NCBI GenBank assembly: GCA_918797485.1
Contig: CAKKNE010000002.1
Location: forward strand, 2,852,001 to 2,916,000
Length of the DNA: 64,000 bases
Source: Pelagomonas calceolata
Taxonomy: Eukaryota
Direction of reading: 5' to 3'
Shown one piece after another: positions 51,382-60,590 of this stretch. Each line of letters opens with the position of its first letter. Position 1 is the first letter of the stretch. A program made the translations under genes and the position numbers. The notes under the pieces are model-generated. The model saw only the letters and a list, made by a program, of their open reading frames with translations. It was not told the origin of the DNA and did no database searches.

Positions 51382-52470
51382 ATGGCCTCCCTCGAAGAGG
51401 CCACGCACCAGAGAAGGGTGTTCGCGTGGCAGGGCGCGGACACGGAGCCCCTGACCGGCACTGAGGCCGACAGCCCCGGAGCAGGCTGGACGATTTCGAG
51501 GGACGACGTCGTCGTGCTCATCGAGCAGCTGCGCAACGCCGCCGGCGCGGTCGTGGCCTTCGTCGAGCTGCAGGTCGATGGGAAACGCACGACGCACCGC
51601 GGCTGGGTCGACCCCGCTTCCCTGAAGCGGCGCCCGGGCGACGAGACGGAGGACGAGTTGGCATTGCGACGCGAGCAGCTGGCGGATATTGCGGGAGAGC
51701 ACCTCGCGGGCCGCGCGTACGCCGAGGCGTACCACGCGTTCGGCGACGCCATCGCGGCGGACCCGGCGAACCATCGGTTGTACGGCGACCGCGCCCTCTG
51801 CTGCGCGCGGCTTCACAAGGAGACACCATCACCGGAACTCCGGGCCGCGGGCCTGAAGGACGCGGAGACGTGCGTGGAATTGAAGCCGACGTTTGTGAGA
51901 GGCCACGAGCGGCTCGTGACGATGCTCGCGCTCTGCACAGAAGCGGGCGAGACCGATCACAAGACCCTCGAGGCCGCCGTCCGGCGGGGTCTGAGCGTCG
52001 ACGCGGCGAGCGTATCCTTGCGACGCGCGTTACAAGAGCTCCGCGACGCCGGCGTCTCCCTAGATACGACGCTGGCGCCGACGGACAGCGAGCTCGCTGA
52101 CGCAGCAAAGGCGGCCGCGCCGAAGACGCGGGGCGCGGAGCTCTTCGCCCGGGGTGATATGGAGAACGCCGCGGTTAAGTACAGGGCCGCCCTGGCGTGG
52201 GACGCGACCGACCCTCGCATCTGGGCGAACCGGGCCGCGTGCTTCTCGCGGCGGGGGCGGTTTGACGACGCGCTGCGCGACGCGGAGTACGCCATTCGCT
52301 TGAAGCCGCGGTGGGCCCGGGCCCGCTATCGGCTCGCGGAGGCGCGGCTCGGGCAGGGGCGCGTCGGCGACGCGCTCGAAGCGTGCGACGCGGGGCTGCG
52401 CCTGGACGGCGACGAAAAGACGCGAGGGGACCTGTTGGCGCTGATGGAGCGGTGTGCTGTTGTTGAGTAA
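51382..52470 (+). CDS. TPR-repeat protein (STI1-like TPRs)
   Basis: Two TPR clusters (YGDRALC..KPTFVRGH and WANRAACF..KPRWARARYR). Confidence 0.8.
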   Translation: MASLEEATHQRRVFAWQGADTEPLTGTEADSPGAGWTISRDDVVVLIEQLRNAAGAVVAFVELQVDGKRTTHRGWVDPASLKRRPGDETEDELALRREQLADIAGEHLAGRAYAEAYHAFGDAIAADPANHRLYGDRALCCARLHKETPSPELRAAGLKDAETCVELKPTFVRGHERLVTMLALCTEAGETDHKTLEAAVRRGLSVDAASVSLRRALQELRDAGVSLDTTLAPTDSELADAAKAAAPKTRGAELFARGDMENAAVKYRAALAWDATDPRIWANRAACFSRRGRFDDALRDAEYAIRLKPRWARARYRLAEARLGQGRVGDALEACDAGLRLDGDEKTRGDLLALMERCAVVE

Positions 52471-52953
52471 ATGCTGTTTGTGCGTGTAGCCCTGTCCTTA
52501 CACAGCGTGTCCGAATGGTGATTCTCCGGCGCCGCTACGCCCCGGCTCGGGTCCGGAGGACCCCATGACTCAATTCCGGCCCTCCCGGAAATTGTGGCAA
52601 AAAATCATATATATATGTATATATCGATTTTTTGTGGGTCATTTTGATATATATATATTTTTTTTTCGGGGCGGAGCACCATGGCGAGAGATGTGGACCT
52701 TCGCGTCCCCTGGATGTGAAATTTATCTAAAAATAAAAGCTAGTATACCTATGCGCGAAAAACCCGATTTGATTGCCCCTTGGCCCTACTTACCTTTATA
52801 TACTCGCGGACGGCGACGCGCTCGCGGCGTACAAACGCCGCGCGTTCGACCTCTACCGGCAGCGGTTCGCGCCCGAGGCGTTGCTCCGCCGCGTCGACGC
52901 GTGGAACGAGCGCGGCGCGCCGGACGGGTGGCAGGATTCATAAACTTTTAAAC

Positions 52954-53946
52954 CTACCCAGCAATAGCATCCCGCGCCAGCCTCCTGAGCCGCGTACACA
53001 GCTCCGGCGATTCCGCGCAGACACATGACCGCGAGAGCAGGTCGAAGGCTTCGCCTGACGTAGGCGGCTTGGACGGGTCGCCCGGCGGCGCGCGCCGGCC
53101 GTCGACCATCTCGATGGTGCATCCGGCCTCGCGCGCGACGAGCGTTCCGGCACACCAATCCCAGGGCTTTGGGCAGTCTCTTTCAACTAATCCAATAACC
53201 ATTGAAGAAGCGCGACCCGTAGCCACGTAGCACAGATTCAGCACGGTCGAGCCCAGGATCCGCACGGCGCGCACGTTCTTGTCCAACAGCGACGCGTACA
53301 GGCGCGCGAGCGGCTTCGCGGCCGGGCCGCGCTCGTAGCCGAGATCCGTCAGGACAGTGTACGCCGACAGGTCCGCCGACGGCGCCGCCGCCGCGACTTT
53401 AAGGCGTCGCCCGTTGAGGTACGCCCCCTCGCCGGCCGCCGCGACCCAGAGCTCGTCGCGGTACGGGTCCAGGACGACTCCGAGCCGCGGCACGCCGCGC
53501 ACGGCCATCCCGATCGACACGACGCTGCAGGGCAGGCCGTGCACGAAGTTCTGCGTGCCGTCGATCGGATCAACAATCCACGTCGGGACGTCGTCGTCAT
53601 CCAGCACGGGAATCACTCCGTTCGCCGAGCACGACTCCTCGCCGACGACTCTGTGGGTTGGAAACGCCGCGCCAAGTCCCTCCACGACAAGTCTTTCGTT
53701 CGCCTCGTCCGTCGCCGTGCACGGATCGATGCCGCCGTCGCCGTCCTTCCAGATCGTCGTGCGCGCCTTCGTGTCGGCCTCGCGCATCGCGCGGCCGCAG
53801 CGCCGCGCGAGCCGGATCGCGACCGCCGCCTCCTTGCGGTAGTTTTGGATCTCGCGCGGCGGTGCGCGGCCGCGGAGCCATTGTAAAGACAGCGCTACCG
53901 TCGGAAGTAGTGCCAGCGCGAGGGCTAGGCGCGTTGTGGTCTCCAT
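52954..53946 (-). CDS. Inositol monophosphatase family protein
   Basis: Motifs VVGEE, TWIVDPIDGTQNFVHG, GEGAYLNG and PWDWCAG. Confidence 0.92.
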   Translation of the reverse strand: METTTRLALALALLPTVALSLQWLRGRAPPREIQNYRKEAAVAIRLARRCGRAMREADTKARTTIWKDGDGGIDPCTATDEANERLVVEGLGAAFPTHRVVGEESCSANGVIPVLDDDDVPTWIVDPIDGTQNFVHGLPCSVVSIGMAVRGVPRLGVVLDPYRDELWVAAAGEGAYLNGRRLKVAAAAPSADLSAYTVLTDLGYERGPAAKPLARLYASLLDKNVRAVRILGSTVLNLCYVATGRASSMVIGLVERDCPKPWDWCAGTLVAREAGCTIEMVDGRRAPPGDPSKPPTSGEAFDLLSRSCVCAESPELCTRLRRLARDAIAG

Positions 53947-54194
53947 TTGCCACAGTGCACCTGTAGTCAATTGCCCAAAAACGTGACCGCTGACCAAGCA
54001 GGAGCACGATGCGCTACCTTGCAGCCTTGTCTAGCCCGGCTGCTGAGAGTGCTCTCCGGCACAGGCTTTCGCTGGGCGTGTTTTGGCTGCGACCAGCGTA
54101 TCTGAGCCGTTAGCAGAGATGCACGACCGTGTAAATTCAACCGTGATTGGCTGGTTCCACCGCTATGCCCGATATAGCCACAGTGCCCATCTAT

Positions 54195-54218
54195 GCTAGT
54201 GTCTTACAGGACGCTAGC
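54195..54218 (+). promoter_or_regulatory. Upstream 24-bp motif, copy 8
   Basis: GCTAGTGTCTTACAGGACGCTAGC, about 65 bp before ATG 54284. Confidence 0.65.
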
Positions 54219-54283
54219 TGCAACCTTTGGACAACATCGTTTTTTAGCATCCAAACCATGTTGGAACCTCAACTTAGGACGCG

Positions 54284-54527
54284 ATGAAAATACTCTTAAC
54301 TCTCTGCGGCGTGGCCGCCGCAGAAATAGTGGTGCAACCATCAATATGCATCGACCCACCACCCCAATCGAGTAACTCCTCCCTCGACGCCGTCGTCGCG
54401 CGCGCGTTGAAAACGCTCGCCGCGCCGTCAATATCATGGCAAAGTTTCATGCGCGGCGCCACGCTCGCGGACCGAGCCGTCTCGGTCGTCCGCGTCCGCG
54501 ACGCGCCCGGGCCGCCGGCGTCGACGC
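54284..54527 (+). pseudogene. 5' fragment of a signal-peptide protein gene
   Basis: MKILLTLCGVAAA signal peptide; runs out of frame into unrelated epimerase sequence at about 54528. Confidence 0.45.
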
Positions 54528-55139
54528 TTAGCGTACACGTACCACCACCTCTACGGGCTGCACATCGCCGCGTTGCGGTTCTTCACGGTGTTCGGGCCGC
54601 GCGGCCGGCCGGACATGGCTCCGTTAAAATTTGTGGACAAGATATCGCGCGGTCTACCGATCCAGCAGTTCGGCGACGGTACTTCCAGTAGAGACTATAC
54701 GTACGTGGACGACGTGGTGCAAGGCATTATCCTCGCGTTAGATACCCCGGCGGGCTACCAGATCTACAACCTCGGCAACGGCTCGCCGACGAAGCTGACT
54801 GATTTTATATCGTTAGTAGAAAAGGAGACCGGCAAGAAAGCTTCGATTGAATTACTACCGAACCAACCAGGAGATGTCCCGAGAACGTGCGCCGACATCG
54901 CCAAGGCCAGAAGCATGCTCGGCTACGACCCGAAAACTCCACTCGCCGACGGCATCCGCAAGCTAGTCGAGTGGTACCGCGACTCGCAAGTCCGTAGACC
55001 CGCGCTCGTCAGAACGGTCACGCCAGATGATCCCTTGCACGACCTTCGTGATCTAAAACCAGCTGTGCTTCGCTGTGGTCTCGCATCGACGTCAGACCGA
55101 CCGGCGTGGACGCGTCCCGCACGGCAAGTAGATCCTTGA
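54528..55139 (+). pseudogene. C-terminal half of a UDP-glucuronate 4-epimerase-like extended SDR (5'-truncated)
   Basis: LAYTYHHLYGL..LRFFTVFGPRGRPDMA, RDYTYVDD, YNLGN and QPGDVPRT are present, but there is no upstream GxxGxxG or YxxxK. Confidence 0.75.
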
Positions 55140-55652
55140 TCAATGCATCGGTTCGACCGCGGCGCCCAGCGCCGCCCGCTGAGCAAGCAATTCCTCGTCC
55201 CTTCGCGGAGAATATATCCCTTCCCCCTAGATACACCCGAATCCCTATCAGAGATACAAACAGCGTAATAATGAGTGAACTCTTTATTGCACCGTTCCGC
55301 CCCCAACGCGGCAACGCCTAGTGTAAACTTTTGGTACCAGAAACCGAACCCGAGGGAGCCACTAGGTTCAACGCCAGGCTCGAGCCCTCCTAAACCCTTC
55401 GAAGACCGCCTGGTAAGGTATCGATAAAGTACCTTATCCTGGGCGGTAGGGGGTGCAGCCAAAACAACGGAGCGTCCCGCGAGAGGCTAATAGCCGAGGA
55501 GCACGCGGGCCAGGAAGGCAAGCGGGAAGCCGCCTCGGACCAGCAACCAGCCGCTCACCAAGGACTGCGACGCCTGCAGAAAGGGCTGCCTCGGCCCAGC
55601 AAGAACAAGCTAGCCACAGCCCGGCCCCACGCCGCCGAGGCAACCAACAACC

Positions 55653-56951
55653 ATGGGCCTCCTCGACACGACCACCGCGTTACCGACGGAGCCGACCTGG
55701 GGCGCCGCCCTCCGGACCATCGAAAGGGAGCGGACGATGCCGGCCTGGGAGCGCATCGGCCAGAAGGCACCGGCCCGGGACCACATCTTCACGCATTATG
55801 AAAAAAGGGGCCACTTCAACGCGTTATTACAAAGAGACAACGATCCCAAAAGAGAACAAAAATTCAGAGATAACCGCGACGCCGCCTTCACGGCCAAGCA
55901 GGCTCGGTGCAAGCAACAGCAAGCCTCGTTCGACATCGTCTCCCACCGCCAGACGGGCGGTTTAAGGCCCGTGCCCGCTTCCGATCAACAAAAAAATGGA
56001 AAACCGAAGCCGCCCGACACGAACACGAAGTGGAACATTATTACTCATGTCGGGCGCGAGGGCTGCGAGCCGTTTACTTCTTCAAAAGATCGTTTAGCAG
56101 CGGCCCACGGCGAATTGTTGCCGGCTTCTTGGAAACGACGCGAGTATGACATCGTATCCACGAAATACAACAATAACCATACCGCGAGACACCACCGCGA
56201 CCGCGAAAATGCCAAACACAAGGCGCAAAAGAAGTTCTGGGAGACTAGGGATTTTGACTTTATCAAAATTAAGTATCATGACGACGACAAGGAGTCGGAC
56301 TTCCAGCAGCAGCGGTCTCATTTAAATTCGATCGCGGGCGCCGGCGCGATGGCGAAATTACCGCCGGCCATGCAGTACTGCGAAGGAGCTGCTTATAATC
56401 TAGTGAGCCACGAAATCAAGGACGCGTCGAAGCTCGAGGTGTCGAACGCCGTGACGAATTCCGGAGTGGCGTCGAAGATGGGCGCTGCGGTCGACAAGCA
56501 CCACAAGCACGTCGCGGAGGAACGCTACCAGCGCGACAAGCGTCGAGCTTTACAACGGTTCAACAAGACGTCGCACCTCAAAGAGATGATGGACGGGCGG
56601 CACCACGACTACGACGTCGTTACCGGAGAAAGCTTCTACGGGCGGAACCCGAAGTTCCGGGCGCCTTCTCGCCTGCAGCGCGCGCCGACGACGTGGGACC
56701 GCCTCGCGGCGTCGGGCCCCGTCTATTCTGGCACGATTGCTGGTAAGCGCGGCGCGACGTCAAAGGCCGCGGGCGCTGCAGCGGCGTCGCCGGCCTTCTC
56801 CATGCGGCCCCAGGCTGGCTCGGCGTCGTCGCGGCCGGCGTCGTCCGTGCCCGTCGTCGCCCGCGCGTCGCCGCGCGTCGTCGACGCGCCGGTCGCGCCC
56901 GCGCCCTCGAAGCCGGCCGTGCCTCGTCTGAAAATCCCGGCGCAGTCCTAA
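55653..56951 (+). CDS. Hypothetical basic protein with repeated [FYW][DN][ILV][IV][ST] motifs (possibly flagellar)
   Basis: 432-aa ORF containing FDIVS, WNIIT, YDIVS, YNLVS and YDVVT. Confidence 0.65.
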   Translation: MGLLDTTTALPTEPTWGAALRTIERERTMPAWERIGQKAPARDHIFTHYEKRGHFNALLQRDNDPKREQKFRDNRDAAFTAKQARCKQQQASFDIVSHRQTGGLRPVPASDQQKNGKPKPPDTNTKWNIITHVGREGCEPFTSSKDRLAAAHGELLPASWKRREYDIVSTKYNNNHTARHHRDRENAKHKAQKKFWETRDFDFIKIKYHDDDKESDFQQQRSHLNSIAGAGAMAKLPPAMQYCEGAAYNLVSHEIKDASKLEVSNAVTNSGVASKMGAAVDKHHKHVAEERYQRDKRRALQRFNKTSHLKEMMDGRHHDYDVVTGESFYGRNPKFRAPSRLQRAPTTWDRLAASGPVYSGTIAGKRGATSKAAGAAAASPAFSMRPQAGSASSRPASSVPVVARASPRVVDAPVAPAPSKPAVPRLKIPAQS

Positions 56952-57442
56952 CCGTATTCTTCGTTTTAGATGTAGTCTTCTTGACGAGTTTGGCAAGTTC
57001 GCCTTGCCTTGCTTCGAGGTCTAGCTTCGAGGTAGGGCCACCTACTCGTAGCCGCGAGCCGACGCGGGGTTGTAGATCGGGGTTGTGGGTCTGCGCTACC
57101 GGCCCGCCCCAAGCCCTCATACGCCGTCGCCCCGAATTGGAGTCTTCGTGTGGCCGATGGTATTGATGTTGACCTCGGAAGGGCCAGATGATCGCCCGCT
57201 GGGCTCCTGAGAAAGCGCTGCGTAGTTGATTTTGCGGGCATATTACTACCGCATTGATCATCTGTGTGCAGCGCAAACCGTCGCAGTAGCAGTAGGGTGT
57301 CGTGACGTCTCACGTCCTTGACGCGCAACGCCAACGGTACGCTCTGCTCCAAGCAAAGCGCCGCAGCGTTGTACCTTCATCTGACCTGTAAGCGACGCCT
57401 GACGCTCGCTGCGCCGTAGTCAACCGGCGCACGTAGACAGTC

Positions 57443-59736
57443 ATGGCCTGGCGCCAAGCCCTACCACGCCTCGCCGCCGCAACCACTGCACCCGCCGCGT
57501 CGCTCGCCCTGTGCGAGGCGCAACGAAAGACAGATTATGATCTAGCGAGGCACCAGCACGGCAAGACGCGCGTGCGCGTTCTTAAAGTAAGAAGGGAGGG
57601 CGGCGTCCACGCCATCTCCGAGTACAAGGTGGAAACGACCTTATTCTCGCCCGCTTATGATCGGGTGTTTACGAAGGGCGACAACACCGATTTAGTGGCG
57701 ACGGACACGCAGAAGAACACCGTGTACATCGTCGCCAAGCGCACGGACGCGTCGACGCCCGAAGCCTTCGGCGTGGCCCTGTGCGAGCACCTGCTCAAGG
57801 AGTACCCGATCCTATCGGGCTGCCGCGCGGACGTTGAGAGCGTCGAGTGGGCGCGGGCCTGCGTCGACGGGCGGAACGGCGCCCAGCCGCACGTGCACGG
57901 CTTCCTGCGTTCGGAACCGGAGCGGCAAGTGGCCTCTGTCAGCATGACCCGAGGCCAGGGCCCGAAGGTCGAGTCATCGATCGAAGGTCTCGTCGTCCTG
58001 AAGACGACGCAGTCCGGCTTCGAGGGCTACCTCAAGGACAAGTACACGTTACTCCCCGACACGCAAGAGCGGTGCATGGCGACGGAGATGACGGCCTCCT
58101 GGAACTACGCGCAGCTGCCGCAGGATTTTGGTGCTGCTCGAAACAACGTGCGCCGCCAGATCCTGAAGGGTTTCTTCGGCGAGCCGGCGACGGGCGTCTA
58201 CTCCGCGTCGCTCCAGGAGTCGATCTACGACGCCGGCTGCCTTGTGTTAGATGCGGTGCCCGAGGTGAAGCAGATCGAGATCGACACGCCGAACCTGCAC
58301 TACTTACCGGCCAAGCTGCTCGACGCCGTCGGCGAAAAGTTCGAGGACGACGTCTTCATTCCCACCTCGGAGCCGTCCGGCTCCATCAACTGCATCGTGG
58401 CGCGCGGCGCCGGCGGCCGGCCGACGACTACCGCTCCGACGTCGGGGCCCAAGTTGTCTGTTGAGACGAAGCCCGTATCTCTCAACGTGGCCGACGCCCA
58501 GGCGCGCGCTGCCGAAGAAATACGAGGTGCAATTATTACTCCTAAAGCCAACTCGTGCCCCATGGCGGTGCGACTGGCGTGGCACGCGTCGGGCACCTTC
58601 GATAAAAATGATGGCTCTGGTGGTTCGGATGGAGCGACGATGCGGTTTGCTCCCGAACGCGAAGACGGCGCGAACGCCGGCCTAGGCATCGAGCGCGACA
58701 TCCTGCAGCCCGTCAAAAGGGCGGTGCCCGAGGTGTCGACGGCGGACATCTGGACGTTGGCGGGGGCGCAGGCCGTCGAGGTATGTGGCGGCCCTCGCAT
58801 CAATCACGCGATGGGTCGCAAAGACGCGACGTCCGGTGCACAATGCCCGCCTGTGGGCCGGCTGCCGGACGCCAGCCAGGGCGCGGACCATCTGAGAGAT
58901 GTCTTCTACCGCATGGGCTTTGACGACCGCGAGATCGTTGCATTAAGCGGCGCGCACACGCTCGGCCGCTGCCATAAAGTAAGAAGCGGCTTCGACGGGC
59001 CCTGGACGTCGAACCCCCTCAAATTTGATGGGGAGTACTTCCGGAACCTCATGACCAAGGACTGGGTGCCGCGGGACTGGGACGGGCCCCTCCAGTATAC
59101 CGATAAGGAGTCGCATTCGTTGACGATGCTCCCTTCCGACTTGGCATTGAAGGAGGACCCGGCGTTCGCCGTTTATGCGTCCAAGTACGCCGCCGACGAG
59201 TCCCTGTTCTTCGAGGACTTCAAGAAAGCTTTCGAGAAGCTCATCAGTCTGGGCACGACGGCGGCGCCCGCCTCGACTGATCTTGACGACGCCGCCGCGA
59301 AGGTCCGGGAGGAGTGCATGCACGGCTCTCTCGAGCACGCGCAGACCGCCTGGCGCCCGGGCGTCGACGCCAACTCCTATGATGCCGGCTCGCGCCGCAC
59401 GGCGCTGCACAAGGCGGCGTGCGTTCCGGCGTCCTTGTTCGAGTTGTGGAGTGTCGACATCGGGCGCCAACGTAGCGTTTGTTACACAGGTTCTGGGGCC
59501 ACTCGCACATCGTTCCTTGGCTCGTCGACGACCTCGGCGCCGCCGTCGACGCGACGGACTCGGCCGGCGACACCGCGTTACATGATGCGGCGCGCTTCGG
59601 CCACGCCAACGTCGTGTCCGAGCTGCTCGCCCGCGGCGCCTCGCCGAACGCGCGCAACGCCGCCGGCAAGACCCCGGGAGAAGTGGCCGCGGAGAACGGG
59701 CACGCGTCCGCGCTCCGCCGCTTCCTCGAGAAGTAG
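57443..59736 (+). CDS. Fusion protein: urate oxidase + class I heme peroxidase (APX/CcP-type) + ankyrin repeats (about 740 aa); exons 57443-59418 and 59490-59736
   Basis: Uricase motifs HGKTRVRVLKV, VATDTQKNTVY, LKTTQSGFEGY, SASLQ and PNLHY. Peroxidase motifs VRLAWHASGT, ANAGL, GRLPDA, IVALSGAHTLGRCH, RSGFDGPW and MLPSD. Ankyrin motifs TALHKAAFWGH (after splicing) and GDTALHDAARFGH. Confidence 0.88.
59419..59489 (+). other. 71-bp GT-AG intron in the ankyrin region
   Basis: GC|GTGCGT...TTACACAG|G; removal gives HKAAFWGH in frame with ORF 59479-59736. Confidence 0.85.
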
Positions 59737-59840
59737 GCGTCTCCCGCCGCAAGCTGTACATGTTATTCCCTGTCCCCCTTCCCCTCCCACGAACTAACCA
59801 CGACGGAAATCTACACAGTCGATACTTATGGCATAAGGCG

Positions 59841-60131
59841 TCAGTAGCTCCTCTCCGTCCGGCGCCGCCAGTTCACCGGGTCGGGGTCAAACACGAACGC
59901 CGAGTCGTCCAGGAACATGAGGTCCACGAGCAGCATGATGCCGAGGAAGATGACCACCGTCGTCCACTGGATCCAGAGCACGGACGACCTGCGTGGTATT
60001 GCGTCCTTCGTCGGCCTCCGCGCCATCGACGCGATGGGCGTGAACGTTGATTTCCACACGGAGTTGCACGCAAAAGCGCAGAGCGTGAACAATAACATCA
60101 GGAAGACCGTGAGGCCGTGGCGGAAAGCCAT
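59841..60131 (-). CDS. Small two-TM protein (69 aa after splicing); exons 60131-60070 and 59988-59841
   Basis: Two hydrophobic helices and C-terminus FLDDSAFVFDPDPVNWRRRTE; the central 27 codons are introner sequence. Confidence 0.7.
   Translation of the reverse strand: MAFRHGLTVFLMLLFTLCAFACNSVWKSTFTPIASMARRPTKDAIPRRSSVLWIQWTTVVIFLGIMLLVDLMFLDDSAFVFDPDPVNWRRRTERSY
59989..60069 (-). mobile_element. Introner-derived 81-bp intron, in frame and stop-free
   Basis: Minus strand GTGCAACT+CCGTGTGGAAATCAAC..CGCGTCGATGGCGCGGAGG..CCACGCAG; the donor lies 8 nt before the TIR. Confidence 0.78.
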
Positions 60132-60590
60132 GGCGGTCCTAGGCGGCGTCGCGCCGGCGGCTGCCGATGGGTGGTGGGTTGTGCTGGCCGCTTATCGGTG
60201 AGTCGGCGTTTGCTCAGGTTGCAGCAATCGCTTCAGACGTACAAATGATTGCAAACCGTGCTCTGCGATGGCTACTGCGTCGCTTTGCTGCGGCAAAAGC
60301 AACTGGGCTGGGAGGCGTGAGAAACCCGATTTGACGAGCTGTTTTTCGAGCGAGGAGAAAAACGCGTAATGCAGGCGTCTATAGCAGTCGCACAAGATTG
60401 CATACAAGCCTTTTAAGCCGAGCCGGATCACGGACCGCCGAGCACCAAACTCAGACCTCGCTCAGGCAATTCGCCCTGCTGGCGCGGTTTCTACAGACGA
60501 CACGGTGCCCAAACGTATATAACAAGCATCGCTGAAGCCATCTAGTTACCATACAAGCGCAGCGAGCGCGCCACACGGCTGTCAAGCACC

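Noticed and set aside
54923..55462. 179-aa minus-strand ORF
   Set aside because: Non-ATG start, atypical codon usage, no recognisable motif, and it overlaps the epimerase remnant in antisense.
59419..59489. This intron as an eighth introner
   Set aside because: Only the terminal ACACAG resembles the TIR; there is no 5' TIR, core or TSD.
12960..59736. Purine-catabolism gene cluster (glycosylase + uricase)
   Set aside because: The genes are 44 kb apart with unrelated housekeeping genes between them, and no HIU hydrolase, OHCU decarboxylase or allantoinase was seen.
59419..59797. C-terminal tail of the 784-aa ORF-track protein
   Set aside because: This is intron read-through; splicing gives canonical ankyrin repeats ending at 59736.
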